DNA of 39,379 nucleotides from a virus (IMGVR_UViG_2778261458_000007), one strand, 5' to 3'; counted from the stretch's first letter, positions 1 through 8,191 are shown. Notes: generated by a model from the letters alone, not told the origin. Made by a program: numbers and translations.

Positions 1-1251
1 GTGCTTACCGATACAAAATTAAAAAACCTCAAGCCGCAGGACAAACTGTACAAGGTCTCCGATCGTGACGGGCTGTATGTAGCTGTGCTTACGTCAGGCA
101 CGGTCTCGTTTCGCTATGACTACCGTATCAACGGTCGCCGCGAAACACTGGTAATCGGGCAGTATGGGCGTGACGGTATCAGCCTGGCAGAAGCGCGAGA
201 AGAACTGATTGCTGCAAAGAAGCTGCTTAAAGCAGGCCAGTCACCGGCTGCGGCTAAACGTGACGGTATCAAAAAGATTCGTGGTGCCGAGACGTTTGCT
301 GTACATACCGACAGTTATATGAAACACGTCATCCTGGCTGACAGTACCCGCGCAATGAAACAGGCGGTGATCGACCGTGACATACTTCCGGTTCTTGGCA
401 ATAAAATGATGGCTGAAATTACCACATCGATGGTTCGTGATTTGTGTGACCGGATTGTCGAACGCGGTGGCCGGGCAACAGCAGTGCAGGCCAGGGAGAT
501 CATCAGTAGCGTATACCGTCACGCCAATGACCGTGGTCATGGTTTGTTTAATCCTGCGGCTGACATTAAACCTTCGTCTATCGCCATATTTAAACCAAGA
601 GAGCGAACACTGACACCAGAAGAAATTGGCCTGTTCTTCCGCACGCTGGATGCCATTGGTGCTATGGGCACTATGAAAATGGCTTTAAAGCTGGTGCTTA
701 TCACTATGGTTCGTAAAGGCGAATTCACCAACGCAACGTGGGATGAAATAGATTTTAAAAAATGGACATGGACCATTCCTTCAGACCGCATGAAGGGAAG
801 CCGGGCTCACGTTATTTACCTGCCTAAACAGGCTCAGGATATATTGGTCGGATTGCAGATGTGCGCTGGTGGAAGTGAATATCTGGTTCCTGGTCGTTAC
901 AATTTCCGGAAGCCATTATCTAATGCCGCGCTGAACTCTCTGATCGACAGAACGGTGAAAATAATAAATGAAGATGGTGAGCATATTCAGGGCTTCACCG
1001 TACACGATATGCGCCGTACAGCCAGTACATTGTTGCATGAGGCTAGTTATCCTTCAGACTGGATTGAAAAGGCTCTGGCACATGAGCAGAAAGGTGTGCG
1101 CGCCGTATATAACAAAGCGGAATACGCCAGACAGCGCGCCTACATGTTGCAGCAGTGGGCCGATATGATTGATTCCTGGATTGACGGGGAGCATACGGAT
1201 CTGATTCCGTTCTCCCCGTCGAAGTTTGAGAAGTGGATGGCGGGGGAATAA
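1..1251 (+). CDS. int: Tyrosine-type site-specific integrase (P4-like family)
   Basis: 416-aa ORF with GTG start at window edge; catalytic motifs HDMRRT (H-x-x-R) and VRAVYNKAEY (Tyr); N-terminal arm-binding-like region. Confidence 0.85.
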   Translation: MLTDTKLKNLKPQDKLYKVSDRDGLYVAVLTSGTVSFRYDYRINGRRETLVIGQYGRDGISLAEAREELIAAKKLLKAGQSPAAAKRDGIKKIRGAETFAVHTDSYMKHVILADSTRAMKQAVIDRDILPVLGNKMMAEITTSMVRDLCDRIVERGGRATAVQAREIISSVYRHANDRGHGLFNPAADIKPSSIAIFKPRERTLTPEEIGLFFRTLDAIGAMGTMKMALKLVLITMVRKGEFTNATWDEIDFKKWTWTIPSDRMKGSRAHVIYLPKQAQDILVGLQMCAGGSEYLVPGRYNFRKPLSNAALNSLIDRTVKIINEDGEHIQGFTVHDMRRTASTLLHEASYPSDWIEKALAHEQKGVRAVYNKAEYARQRAYMLQQWADMIDSWIDGEHTDLIPFSPSKFEKWMAGE

Positions 1252-1254
1252 CGT

Positions 1255-1449
1255 TTAATTATTCTGCTGATTTTCTTCCATCTCGGCTTCTGCTGCCAGT
1301 GATTCAATTTTATCTGTGAATATTGCTGACAGTGTTGCAAATTCAGCATCAGTGACAGCGGGAATTGGAACAAACCTGATCCCGCTGTGTGCAAGCATGT
1401 TTGCAGTTTCAAGGCATTTCCTTAAATCTGCTGGTGATGCCCTGTTCAT
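1255..1449 (-). CDS. Small hypothetical protein (64 aa)
   Basis: ATG at 1449-1447 overlaps the TGA stop of the upstream methylase (ATGA coupling); last gene of leftward early operon; convergent with int, 3 bp apart. Confidence 0.4.
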   Translation of the reverse strand: MNRASPADLRKCLETANMLAHSGIRFVPIPAVTDAEFATLSAIFTDKIESLAAEAEMEENQQNN

Positions 1450-2096
1450 GCTGCACGCTCCCGCCCCTGGTTGTCTGTTGGTGACAGCGGAGCATTGCTG
1501 AATGCATTTGTTAATCCGGCAATATACAACGCGTATCCAGGGTGTAGTTGCACTGCTGGGTCTTCGCACTGATTACCCCAAACATCGAAGCCATGAGCCG
1601 TTTGGCGGGCGAACAGTTCAATGCGAGAAACATCGCCTAACAATTGCACAAGTTTTTCACGAACGACATCTGGTTTTCTTGAATGCTCAAGCCGCGGTGC
1701 GGTAAATGACTGAACGATCCCTGCATTAATGCGCGGAGGTAGTTTTCCCTTAACTGCAAACAGGCAATCTTCACTATTGGCGCGAGTCATGTGTCCCATA
1801 CCCATAACCAGTTTATCTGGTTGTCGACTACCACATTTTATCCACGTGAAGCCCTTCATGGTCATCAGACGGAACCCCCAGGCTTCAACAACTTTTAGTG
1901 CTTCGAGTGGTTGTGTTGGCACCCACCACATGGCCAACAGACAGTTTTCATCGGCCAAATCCCACACAGGAAGGCGGCAGATATCCATCACACTCATAAC
2001 CGGATATTTAAAACCGGCACCGCGATTACCATCTGCGGCTTTGTCCCGGTATACCCAGGGTGGATCTGCATAGATTAGTGTGTATTTCTTAGTCAT
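1446..2096 (-). CDS. MT-A70 family DNA N6-adenine methyltransferase
   Basis: 216-aa ORF with DPPW catalytic motif (YADPPWVY) near N-terminus, typical of MT-A70/phage adenine methylases. Confidence 0.75.
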   Translation of the reverse strand: MTKKYTLIYADPPWVYRDKAADGNRGAGFKYPVMSVMDICRLPVWDLADENCLLAMWWVPTQPLEALKVVEAWGFRLMTMKGFTWIKCGSRQPDKLVMGMGHMTRANSEDCLFAVKGKLPPRINAGIVQSFTAPRLEHSRKPDVVREKLVQLLGDVSRIELFARQTAHGFDVWGNQCEDPAVQLHPGYALYIAGLTNAFSNAPLSPTDNQGRERAA

Positions 2097-2388
2097 AAAC
2101 CACCCCGCAACATCCTATACCGCTATAGTCTCCACGGCGAAGGCCGTTACCTTTTGTGATACATTGGTACCTGCGAACCGCGATCCTTGCACGCTCAACA
2201 TCACCAGAAGCAACATCCATACACTGAAGCCAAAGGTGAGCGGCAATGCGGAACTGCCCTTTTTTCTCTCTTTCAATCGCGCGTTTTTCGATCTCTATCG
2301 CCGCAGGAGTAACGGCGACAATCTTTGACGGACTGCGCATTGAAACCTTGTTCATGTGATATTTTTCAAGTCGGCTTAACTTTTTCAC
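2089..2388 (-). CDS. Hypothetical protein (99 aa)
   Basis: ORF with GTG start preceded by GAGGG; stop 2 bp before methylase start; no recognisable motif. Confidence 0.45.
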   Translation of the reverse strand: MKKLSRLEKYHMNKVSMRSPSKIVAVTPAAIEIEKRAIEREKKGQFRIAAHLWLQCMDVASGDVERARIAVRRYQCITKGNGLRRGDYSGIGCCGVVYD

Positions 2389-2497
2389 TTAATCCAACCC
2401 TCTCTGAAAATTAATGCCAGCAGATAAAGCCATGCTGAAACAGAGGCCAGGAATAAGTACCATCCTGACCATTTGCTCCAGTGCCTTAGCAGCACAC

Positions 2498-2746
2498 TCA
2501 TGCAGCGTTGCTCACAGGACGATATACACGTTGCTGAACAGGAGGCTTTTTACCCTGGAACTCTGCCGGGCTTGCTGCCTGACGTTCATCAAGCCAACGC
2601 TCAACTTCATCACGGTTCCATGCGCAGCGTTTGTCAGTGATATACCAGCGTTTAGGAAATTCCCCTGCGCGCTCCATGCGGTCGATAGTGCTCCATGACA
2701 GTGGCACCACCGCCAGGAGTTCCTTCTTACCTAATGCACCTTTCAT
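2498..2746 (-). CDS. AlpA-family helix-turn-helix regulator / excisionase-like protein
   Basis: 82-aa ORF; segment LAVVPLSWSTIDRMERAGEFPKR resembles AlpA/Xis-type HTH; RBS GAGAGGT upstream. Confidence 0.6.
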   Translation of the reverse strand: MKGALGKKELLAVVPLSWSTIDRMERAGEFPKRWYITDKRCAWNRDEVERWLDERQAASPAEFQGKKPPVQQRVYRPVSNAA

Positions 2747-2795
2747 AAATACCTCTCTTGGTTGCAGTGCGGCGCGCGTGGCGCCGCGGTGGTGG

Positions 2796-3737
2796 TTACA
2801 TAGATGTTTCGTTTAATTCTTCCCGACGAACGCTGTAAACGTCGGTGGCTTTTGCCAGCAGTTCGTCATCATCTGAAAGTTTTTGTGCAATGTATTTGTA
2901 AGCCTTATCCAGTTCGGAGACAGTGCTGTAATTCATCGCTGCGCTGGTAAAGGCCATCAGCATTTCTTCTGGATCACGGCTATCCGATTTACGCGTTTGC
3001 TCATCAGGCTTTTTCGCTGGTTTAGCGTTGATCAGACTGTTCATTCCCGCAGCAGTGGTCGTTTGCGGAGTAATGTCTCGCTCAACGCGCGGTGCCGTTT
3101 CCTGTAATTCGTCTGGGGTGTAGACGCCCATGATTACGTCAGGACAGTGCAGGCGAGACCAGCGTTTTGTCGCAAGGTATGCGAGTTGTTGTTTCGGATC
3201 ACTGGCCCAAAGTGTGGAGTTTCTTACCTGTGCTTGAGACAGCATTAACTCAAGCACTCGAGGTTGATCCTCGCCCTTCATGGTTGCCCATACGCGAACA
3301 CCGCAGCCTTCTTCGTCTTTTAGAGTCCAGCCTGGTGCGATATATGGATTGCCGTTTTTGGATGTTTTCTCAACAAACTTACCGATCACGCGTTCCCACG
3401 GCCCGAACCACTCGTAGTTGATGCGATCTTTTGTTGGCGACATCGTTGAGATAACTGCGTTTACTAATTGGGCTTCATAACCTAGCGTGCCGTTCACAAC
3501 ATGGGTTTTCTGAGCCACGGCAAACGGGTTCATTCCCCACTGCGCAGCCTGCATTGCCACGGCCATGCAATCAGCTGGTTTCCCGGCGAGGTGCGCCGGT
3601 ACCGTTACGCGGCTTTGCGCCATTACCTCGGCGAATTTCATCAGTTGGTTCAAGCCGTCTGGGCTGAAAATAGTTGCAGCAGTTCCAGCGATTGCTGTGT
3701 CTACTGGTGCGTTGATGTTTGCGATGTCGTTGCTCAT
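2796..3737 (-). CDS. recT: RecT-family single-strand annealing protein
   Basis: Sequence resembles RecT family; ATG at 3737 overlaps stop of upstream exonuclease gene (ATGA); the longer ORF start at 3764 is less likely. Confidence 0.8.
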   Translation of the reverse strand: MSNDIANINAPVDTAIAGTAATIFSPDGLNQLMKFAEVMAQSRVTVPAHLAGKPADCMAVAMQAAQWGMNPFAVAQKTHVVNGTLGYEAQLVNAVISTMSPTKDRINYEWFGPWERVIGKFVEKTSKNGNPYIAPGWTLKDEEGCGVRVWATMKGEDQPRVLELMLSQAQVRNSTLWASDPKQQLAYLATKRWSRLHCPDVIMGVYTPDELQETAPRVERDITPQTTTAAGMNSLINAKPAKKPDEQTRKSDSRDPEEMLMAFTSAAMNYSTVSELDKAYKYIAQKLSDDDELLAKATDVYSVRREELNETSM

Positions 3738-4555
3738 ATGTACATATCCTGTTTGCGTGCCCACTCAGGGCGTTTAATGATTTCCACACCGCCCCATTCA
3801 TCATTGATGCGGCATTCGTGATAGGTATTCAGATCCCGGCGGAACAGAGCGTGCCCGGCATCGACATCCTGCGCATCCAGCTCGAACACGCGTACCGGAT
3901 ACCGACCACAATCAATGCTTTCGCTCACGGCAAGAAAGAAAAAACCATGCGGCTGACCAGTAACCCTCATTGCGCCTTCGCGGTACATTGCGTCCTGCAC
4001 GTGGTAGCGGAATTCCTCGATGTGGCGTGCAAAACGGTCCATATCTGCAACCTTTTTCACGTCGACGATCACGTTGTGCTCGTTCAGCCATTTGTCTGGA
4101 CGAATTCGGCACAACTCACCCGTCTCTTCATCGTTCCAGTACATTGATGCTTCGCAGTAACCAGGTGCTTCCAACATCCAGCGTGCCGCCGGGTGAGCCA
4201 TTGCGCTATCACGCATCAGCTCCAGTTTCCGCCACTGCTCGGCATCAAGTACCGTAATCCCCATATCCGCCACATCACGAAGAAATGCCTCTTCGTCAGC
4301 TTTACCTTGTTTTGTCCGACGATCGAATTTCGGTGAAACGATGAAGCGTTTGTCAAACTCTCCAGGTTCCAGAAGCAGACAGTGCAGAGCAGTACCCATG
4401 TCCAGTGCAGACTTCTTCTCTTCGTCTTCCGGAGCAGCCTTCACCCATTTCAGAAGGGCAGGGTTCTTAGCCACCATATCTAGCTGCGACTTACTCACGC
4501 CGTCACCGGCGTGGTAGTCCTCGTTGCTGATATCGAAATAAACTCCCGGATTCAT
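3734..4555 (-). CDS. RecE-like PD-(D/E)XK exonuclease
   Basis: 273-aa ORF immediately upstream of and coupled to recT; acidic/Lys pattern (DVKKV, E..D) consistent with PD-(D/E)XK nuclease partner of RecT. Confidence 0.65.
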   Translation of the reverse strand: MNPGVYFDISNEDYHAGDGVSKSQLDMVAKNPALLKWVKAAPEDEEKKSALDMGTALHCLLLEPGEFDKRFIVSPKFDRRTKQGKADEEAFLRDVADMGITVLDAEQWRKLELMRDSAMAHPAARWMLEAPGYCEASMYWNDEETGELCRIRPDKWLNEHNVIVDVKKVADMDRFARHIEEFRYHVQDAMYREGAMRVTGQPHGFFFLAVSESIDCGRYPVRVFELDAQDVDAGHALFRRDLNTYHECRINDEWGGVEIIKRPEWARKQDMYI

Positions 4556-4851
4556 GCCGCGTCCCTCTGCCCATCAAGCTGATCAGCCAGATCCCAGCGG
4601 GCGATAATTGCCATTGCCTCGCGCCGGTAGGCATCCATTAGTTCTTCGAACTCAGGGCTGTCTTTAGCGGCCTCCAGTACTTCCTGGCGAACGCCTTTAA
4701 CTGTTACAACGTCGAAAGTTGATGCCAGTTGATGAAGCCGGATACTCTCAATCAGTTCAACTTGTCGGTCATATAGCTGTTCTGACAGACGGTAGTCCTT
4801 GTCGAATGCCAGCATGATTTTTTGAAGATTTTTCTGCTGATTAACGTTCAT
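4552..4851 (-). CDS. Hypothetical early protein (100 aa)
   Basis: ORF starting at ATG 4851 (MNVNQQ), 2 bp after stop of preceding small gene; overlaps exonuclease start. Confidence 0.45.
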   Translation of the reverse strand: MNVNQQKNLQKIMLAFDKDYRLSEQLYDRQVELIESIRLHQLASTFDVVTVKGVRQEVLEAAKDSPEFEELMDAYRREAMAIIARWDLADQLDGQRDAA

Positions 4852-4853
4852 TA

Positions 4854-5006
4854 TCAGCCCTCCCATATCTCGTTATCGTTGGCCACATCGCGAGCTTCTT
4901 TGCTGACGAAAGCCCACTTAATGCCTTCCTGTAAGGTGCGGAACTTCCAGCTCATGAATCCGCATGCAGTAACGCAGTACCAACCGTTGATGATTTTCCA
5001 CTGCAT
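4854..5006 (-). CDS. Small hypothetical protein (50 aa), first gene of leftward early operon
   Basis: Not in ORF track (below 60 aa); ATG at 5006 with GAGGT 9 nt upstream; translation MQWKIINGWYCVTACGF...; directly downstream of leftward promoter. Confidence 0.35.
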   Translation of the reverse strand: MQWKIINGWYCVTACGFMSWKFRTLQEGIKWAFVSKEARDVANDNEIWEG

Positions 5007-5024
5007 AACTTGTTACCTCGGTCT

Positions 5025-5041
5025 GTTACCGTTGAGGTAAT
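5025..5041. promoter_or_regulatory. Operator site 1 (OL-proximal): GTTACCGTTGAGGTAAT
   Basis: 17-bp palindrome NTTACC-N5-GGTAAN overlapping -10 and +1 of leftward early promoter. Confidence 0.6.
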
Positions 5042-5068
5042 AATTATGCGTATATGGTTTGATGTCAA
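5040..5068 (-). promoter_or_regulatory. Leftward early promoter (PL-like)
   Basis: On minus strand -35 TTGACA (5068-5063), 17-bp spacer, -10 AATTAT (5045-5040); flanked by operator sites 1 and 2. Confidence 0.5.
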
Positions 5069-5086
5069 TAGATATGAGTTAAAAAA

Positions 5087-5103
5087 ATTACCCGTTAGGT
5101 AAT
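5087..5103. promoter_or_regulatory. Operator site 2 (OL-distal): ATTACCCGTTAGGTAAT
   Basis: Perfect half-sites ATTACC/GGTAAT, between repressor terminator and leftward promoter -35. Confidence 0.6.
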
Positions 5104-5114
5104 CGAATAGGCAA

Positions 5115-5137
5115 TAAAAAAGCCGCCATAAGGCGGC
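5115..5137 (-). terminator. Intrinsic terminator after repressor gene
   Basis: Hairpin GCCGCC-ATAA-GGCGGC followed on minus strand by a T-run (plus-strand A-run 5115-5121). Confidence 0.6.
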
Positions 5138-5159
5138 TTACTTACTGAAAAATATGGTT

Positions 5160-5744
5160 TTATTGTTTGTTTTTTTCGTTCTGGTTGATGACAAATTCAA
5201 TGTAACTTTCGATCTTTGCTTTCTCGGTTTCGGGTAACAATGCGTAGCGCGAGCGATCATAGTTGATGGTCGCAGGGTCGTGCGGGTGAATCAGTAATTC
5301 ATAGCCGTGACGCCCGAATGCGGATGCAACATTCTCCAGGGTGGAAATGGAAACGCTGACCTCATTGTTTAACAGGCGGCTGATTGTCACCTGGGCTACG
5401 CCGGATGCGCGGTGAAGTTTTCCCTGTGTTGAAAGGTCGCGGCTTTCGCTCATCCAGCGTTCCAGGTTGTGAGCCGCCAGCTGGCCAATGTCGCTTGGGC
5501 CGACAGGCTGAAAACCTTCCTGAGAAAGCGAGCGATCGATATCAAGCCAGTTACGGGGTTTATTGGCGGCAGCTTCAATTTTTCGTGCAACCTGGTCGCC
5601 GATAACCTTCTTGCCAAGAGCCCAGCGGTTTACCAGATTTGCCTGAGTTCCAAGTTTTTCAGCCATCCGCGTCTGAACACCATTGAATTCACGGTCGATC
5701 AAGTCGTTGAGATTTTGCCTGCGGACGTCCTGGATACTTTTCAT
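5160..5744 (-). CDS. CI-like prophage repressor (tandem HTH, no recognisable S24 peptidase domain)
   Basis: 194-aa ORF divergent from cro-like gene across an operator cluster; two HTH-like segments (QTRMAEKLGTQANLVNRW and GVAQVTISRLLNNE); no Ala-Gly/Ser-Lys cleavage motifs seen. Confidence 0.7.
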   Translation of the reverse strand: MKSIQDVRRQNLNDLIDREFNGVQTRMAEKLGTQANLVNRWALGKKVIGDQVARKIEAAANKPRNWLDIDRSLSQEGFQPVGPSDIGQLAAHNLERWMSESRDLSTQGKLHRASGVAQVTISRLLNNEVSVSISTLENVASAFGRHGYELLIHPHDPATINYDRSRYALLPETEKAKIESYIEFVINQNEKNKQ

Positions 5745-5798
5745 TTTCTGGAAAATCGCCTCATATCTGAATCAGAAGATGATTCAATTTAAAGCAAT

Positions 5799-5815
5799 AT
5801 TACCCAACAGGTAAA
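5799..5815. promoter_or_regulatory. Operator site 3 (OR cluster): ATTACCCAACAGGTAAA
   Basis: In divergent repressor/cro intergenic region. Confidence 0.6.
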
Positions 5816-5832
5816 TGCACCTCATGGGTAAC
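5816..5832. promoter_or_regulatory. Operator site 4 (OR cluster, degenerate): TGCACCTCATGGGTAAC
   Basis: Abuts site 3; right half conserved, left half degenerate; spacer TCATG identical to site 8. Confidence 0.4.
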
Positions 5833-5844
5833 TATCCTTGATTT

Positions 5845-5873
5845 TTGTTACCTTATAGGTGAATATTTATTAT
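5845..5873 (+). promoter_or_regulatory. Rightward early promoter (PR-like)
   Basis: -35 TTGTTA (5845-5850), 17-bp spacer containing operator site 5, -10 TATTAT (5868-5873); cro-like ATG at 5899. Confidence 0.5.
5847..5863. promoter_or_regulatory. Operator site 5 (OR cluster): GTTACCTTATAGGTGAA
   Basis: Lies in the spacer between -35 TTGTTA and -10 TATTAT of the rightward cro promoter. Confidence 0.55.
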
Positions 5874-5898
5874 CTGAAATAAATATCAGGCAATAGCT

Positions 5899-6129
5899 AT
5901 GAGCGATAACGGACATTTCGATTTCAAAAAGCACTGGCTTGCACTTACTCCGGATGAGCGTGAAGCCTTCGCACAGGAAGCCGGAACGACGAGTCACTAT
6001 ATCCAGACTCACTTAACAGGTAAGCGCAAAATGCCAGGTAAGGTATTGATGGATGGGCTTTTTAAAGCCTGTAAATCAAGACAATGGCTGCGCTCAAAAG
6101 CAGAACTGGCATACTTCTTCTACTCATGA
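5899..6129 (+). CDS. Cro-like DNA-binding protein
   Basis: 76-aa ORF divergent from repressor; first gene of rightward early operon; followed by intrinsic terminator. Confidence 0.55.
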   Translation: MSDNGHFDFKKHWLALTPDEREAFAQEAGTTSHYIQTHLTGKRKMPGKVLMDGLFKACKSRQWLRSKAELAYFFYS

Positions 6130-6151
6130 TATCCAGCCACAACCCTCTGTA

Positions 6152-6173
6152 GACCGCCATCCGGCGGTCTTTT
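6152..6173 (+). terminator. Intrinsic terminator after cro-like gene
   Basis: Hairpin GACCGCC-ATCC-GGCGGTC followed by TTTT. Confidence 0.65.
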
Positions 6174-6183
6174 CATATCTATT

Positions 6184-6200
6184 CGTACCTCAAAGGTAAT
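6184..6200. promoter_or_regulatory. Operator site 6: CGTACCTCAAAGGTAAT
   Basis: Immediately after cro terminator, upstream of gene at 6280. Confidence 0.5.
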
Positions 6201-6279
6201 AAAAAACCAAATATGGTTGATCTTTTTTTTGTGTCAGCACAAAATAACCGTAATCCCAATACTAATAACAGGGCTTACC

Positions 6280-6480
6280 ATGGAAATCATTACACGTATT
6301 GATGCCGCAAAGCGCGGACTTAAACGCTACTACACCGGAAAACCATGTAAGCACGGACATGACAGTGAACGCTGGGTTTACAACGGACACTGTGTTGAGT
6401 GCACCATGGAGTCAAACCGTCGCATCAGGGCAGAGATTAAGCAGATCATGATTAATTCCTCCCCACAACACTCAAGCTGA
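6280..6480 (+). CDS. Small Cys/His-rich protein (cII-equivalent position)
   Basis: Start at ATG 6280 (MEIITRIDAAKRG); C-x-H-G-H ... C-V-E-C pattern suggests zinc binding; the ORF-track start at 6217 is a TTG. Confidence 0.45.
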   Translation: MEIITRIDAAKRGLKRYYTGKPCKHGHDSERWVYNGHCVECTMESNRRIRAEIKQIMINSSPQHSS

Positions 6481-6495
6481 TAGCGGAGATTAATC

Positions 6496-7311
6496 ATGAG
6501 CAGACATGCAACAGATTGGGCCTGGGAGACAGATCCAGGTAGCTCATCATTAAAGCTCATACTGCTCTCGATGGCTGACAGAGCCGATGAATATAACCTC
6601 TGCTACCCAAGCATAGAACGCCTCGTTAAAGACACTTGCCTGAATAAAAAAACCGTGCAGGCCGGGCTTATATCGCTCATGAAAATGGGGCTTATTTCAG
6701 ATACCGGAGAGAGAAAGGGAGCGACGAAAAGAGTGCGGGTTTTCTCTCTTAATATAACAAAAAACGGGAACATTAAAGGTAACCGGGAAGGGTGTAATGA
6801 ACCCGAAAACGGTAATGTTACCGAAAACGGGAATATACCCAAAAACGGGATGTTGAATGATCCCAAAAACGGGATGTTGAATGATCCCAAAAACGGGATC
6901 CAGAACCAGTCATATAACCAGTCATTTAACCAAGAGAGGGAGAGCAGGACAAAAAACGGGGATTCTGTGCATCATGACCCCGGCGCAAACAACGCCGTGA
7001 TGAATAACTTTGTTCCTCCTGGTGGGCCAGGGCAATTAGGAAAATTTGTCATGCATGAACAATGGCAGCCATCAGATGACTTTCTTCGGAAAAGCTCATT
7101 GCAGGGGATCTACCTGGACAGTCTGCCAACGGCACAGGAACTTGCAGAGTTCAGAATTTACTGGATGGCTGAGGGTAAGGCATACCATCAGGCACAGTGG
7201 GAGCAGAAGCTGGCAAGGCGGCTGCAGATTAGCAGACAGAAGCAATCAACATTACCTGATAACAACGTTCCGCACTGGAACAGCCCTGAAGCATGGGAGG
7301 ATTTCTTGTGA
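6496..7311 (+). CDS. Replication initiation protein (lambda O-like, iterons embedded)
   Basis: 271-aa ORF with RBS GGAG; N-terminal HTH-like domain; internal AAAACGGGA iteron array coding KNG repeats; followed by coupled P-like gene. Confidence 0.7.
   Translation: MSRHATDWAWETDPGSSSLKLILLSMADRADEYNLCYPSIERLVKDTCLNKKTVQAGLISLMKMGLISDTGERKGATKRVRVFSLNITKNGNIKGNREGCNEPENGNVTENGNIPKNGMLNDPKNGMLNDPKNGIQNQSYNQSFNQERESRTKNGDSVHHDPGANNAVMNNFVPPGGPGQLGKFVMHEQWQPSDDFLRKSSLQGIYLDSLPTAQELAEFRIYWMAEGKAYHQAQWEQKLARRLQISRQKQSTLPDNNVPHWNSPEAWEDFL
6759..6961. repeat. Iteron array (AAAACGG[G/T]A, about 7 copies) within O-like gene, putative replication origin
   Basis: Cores at 6761, 6806, 6824, 6842, 6866, 6890, 6953; three copies are exact 24-bp tandem units CCCAAAAACGGGATGTTGAATGAT (6838-6861, 6862-6885, partial 6886-6903). 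Confidence 0.6.
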
Positions 7312-8093
7312 ACAACGTTTTTACCGCGATACAAAACCGTGACGGAGAAGCCCTTTCTCGCATGTCAGGTTATGAGCATCAGTACACCAACAATGACAAC
7401 GTGGTGAACATGTCAGCAGAGAGGCTTGTTGATGCCCTTTTCAAACAGCTGAAACAACTGTTTCCGGCGGCAGTGGTAACCAACCTGAAGACGCCAGAGC
7501 AGGAAGTTGCTGCAAAACAGCAGTGGATTGCTGCGTTTGCCGAAGGGGGGATCCGAACCCGTGAGCAGGTTTCTGCTGGTATGCGCCACGCCCGCGCCAG
7601 TGAATCTCCGTTCTGGCCGTCGCCTGGGCAATTCATCAAGTGGTGTAAAGACAGCAAGATGGTTCTTGGCGTCACCATTGACGATGTGATGGCGGAGTTT
7701 CACCGGTACAGCAAGGAAAAAAGTTTATATCCTGGTGGTCCCGAAAGATTCCCGTGGCGGCATCCGGTTATGTACTGGGTCGTATGCGATACCCGCCGTG
7801 CAATGTATCAGCGCCAGCTTAGCGAGATTGAGGTTGAGAAACACGCGCGCAGGCTGCTCGATGATTGGGCGAAAAAGGTGGCTTCCGGACAGCAGATACC
7901 CGATCCTGTGATCAGCATACAGGCAAAGCCAGAACCCATGAGTACGCCTCCGGACACAGGGAGAGACGTTTACCACCCGCCAGGGCGAAGTTTCGGGTGC
8001 ATGCCTAACGCCGCCACCCTTGGGGGAATAACACCGGCGCAGTGGCTGATGGAGGAATACAGGCGGGGAAAGGCGGCAGGATTTATCAAGTAA
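7308..8093 (+). CDS. Lambda P-like replication protein (helicase loader)
   Basis: Segment QQWIAAFAEGGIRTREQVSAGMRHARASESPFWPSPGQFIKWCK closely parallels lambda P; GTG start at 7308 with GGGAGGA upstream, overlapping O stop. Confidence 0.8.
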   Translation: MNNVFTAIQNRDGEALSRMSGYEHQYTNNDNVVNMSAERLVDALFKQLKQLFPAAVVTNLKTPEQEVAAKQQWIAAFAEGGIRTREQVSAGMRHARASESPFWPSPGQFIKWCKDSKMVLGVTIDDVMAEFHRYSKEKSLYPGGPERFPWRHPVMYWVVCDTRRAMYQRQLSEIEVEKHARRLLDDWAKKVASGQQIPDPVISIQAKPEPMSTPPDTGRDVYHPPGRSFGCMPNAATLGGITPAQWLMEEYRRGKAAGFIK

Positions 8094-8098
8094 TACCA

Positions 8099-8118
8099 GC
8101 GCGATAGCGCATTTTTTT
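8099..8118 (+). terminator. Weak intrinsic terminator after P-like gene
   Basis: Short GC hairpin GCGC-GATA-GCGC followed by seven T. Confidence 0.4.
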
Positions 8119-8129
8119 ACGTCTAAATG

Positions 8130-8146
8130 GTTACCTGTTAGGTAAT
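8130..8146. promoter_or_regulatory. Operator site 7: GTTACCTGTTAGGTAAT
   Basis: After P-gene terminator, upstream of -35 TTGATT. Confidence 0.55.
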
Positions 8147-8191
8147 AAAATATTCTAAAATCTATTGATTTCGTGTCTTATGTGGTTTTTA

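Noticed and set aside
2763-2783. GC-rich hairpin GCGGCGC-GCGTG-GCGCCGC between recT and the AlpA-like gene as a terminator
   Set aside because: No T-run follows on the minus (transcribed) strand and the genes look co-transcribed; at most a pause or processing structure.
6838-6903. 24-bp tandem repeats as a possible CRISPR array
   Set aside because: Only about 2.7 units with no spacers; they are in frame inside the O-like gene and encode a peptide repeat. They are replication iterons.
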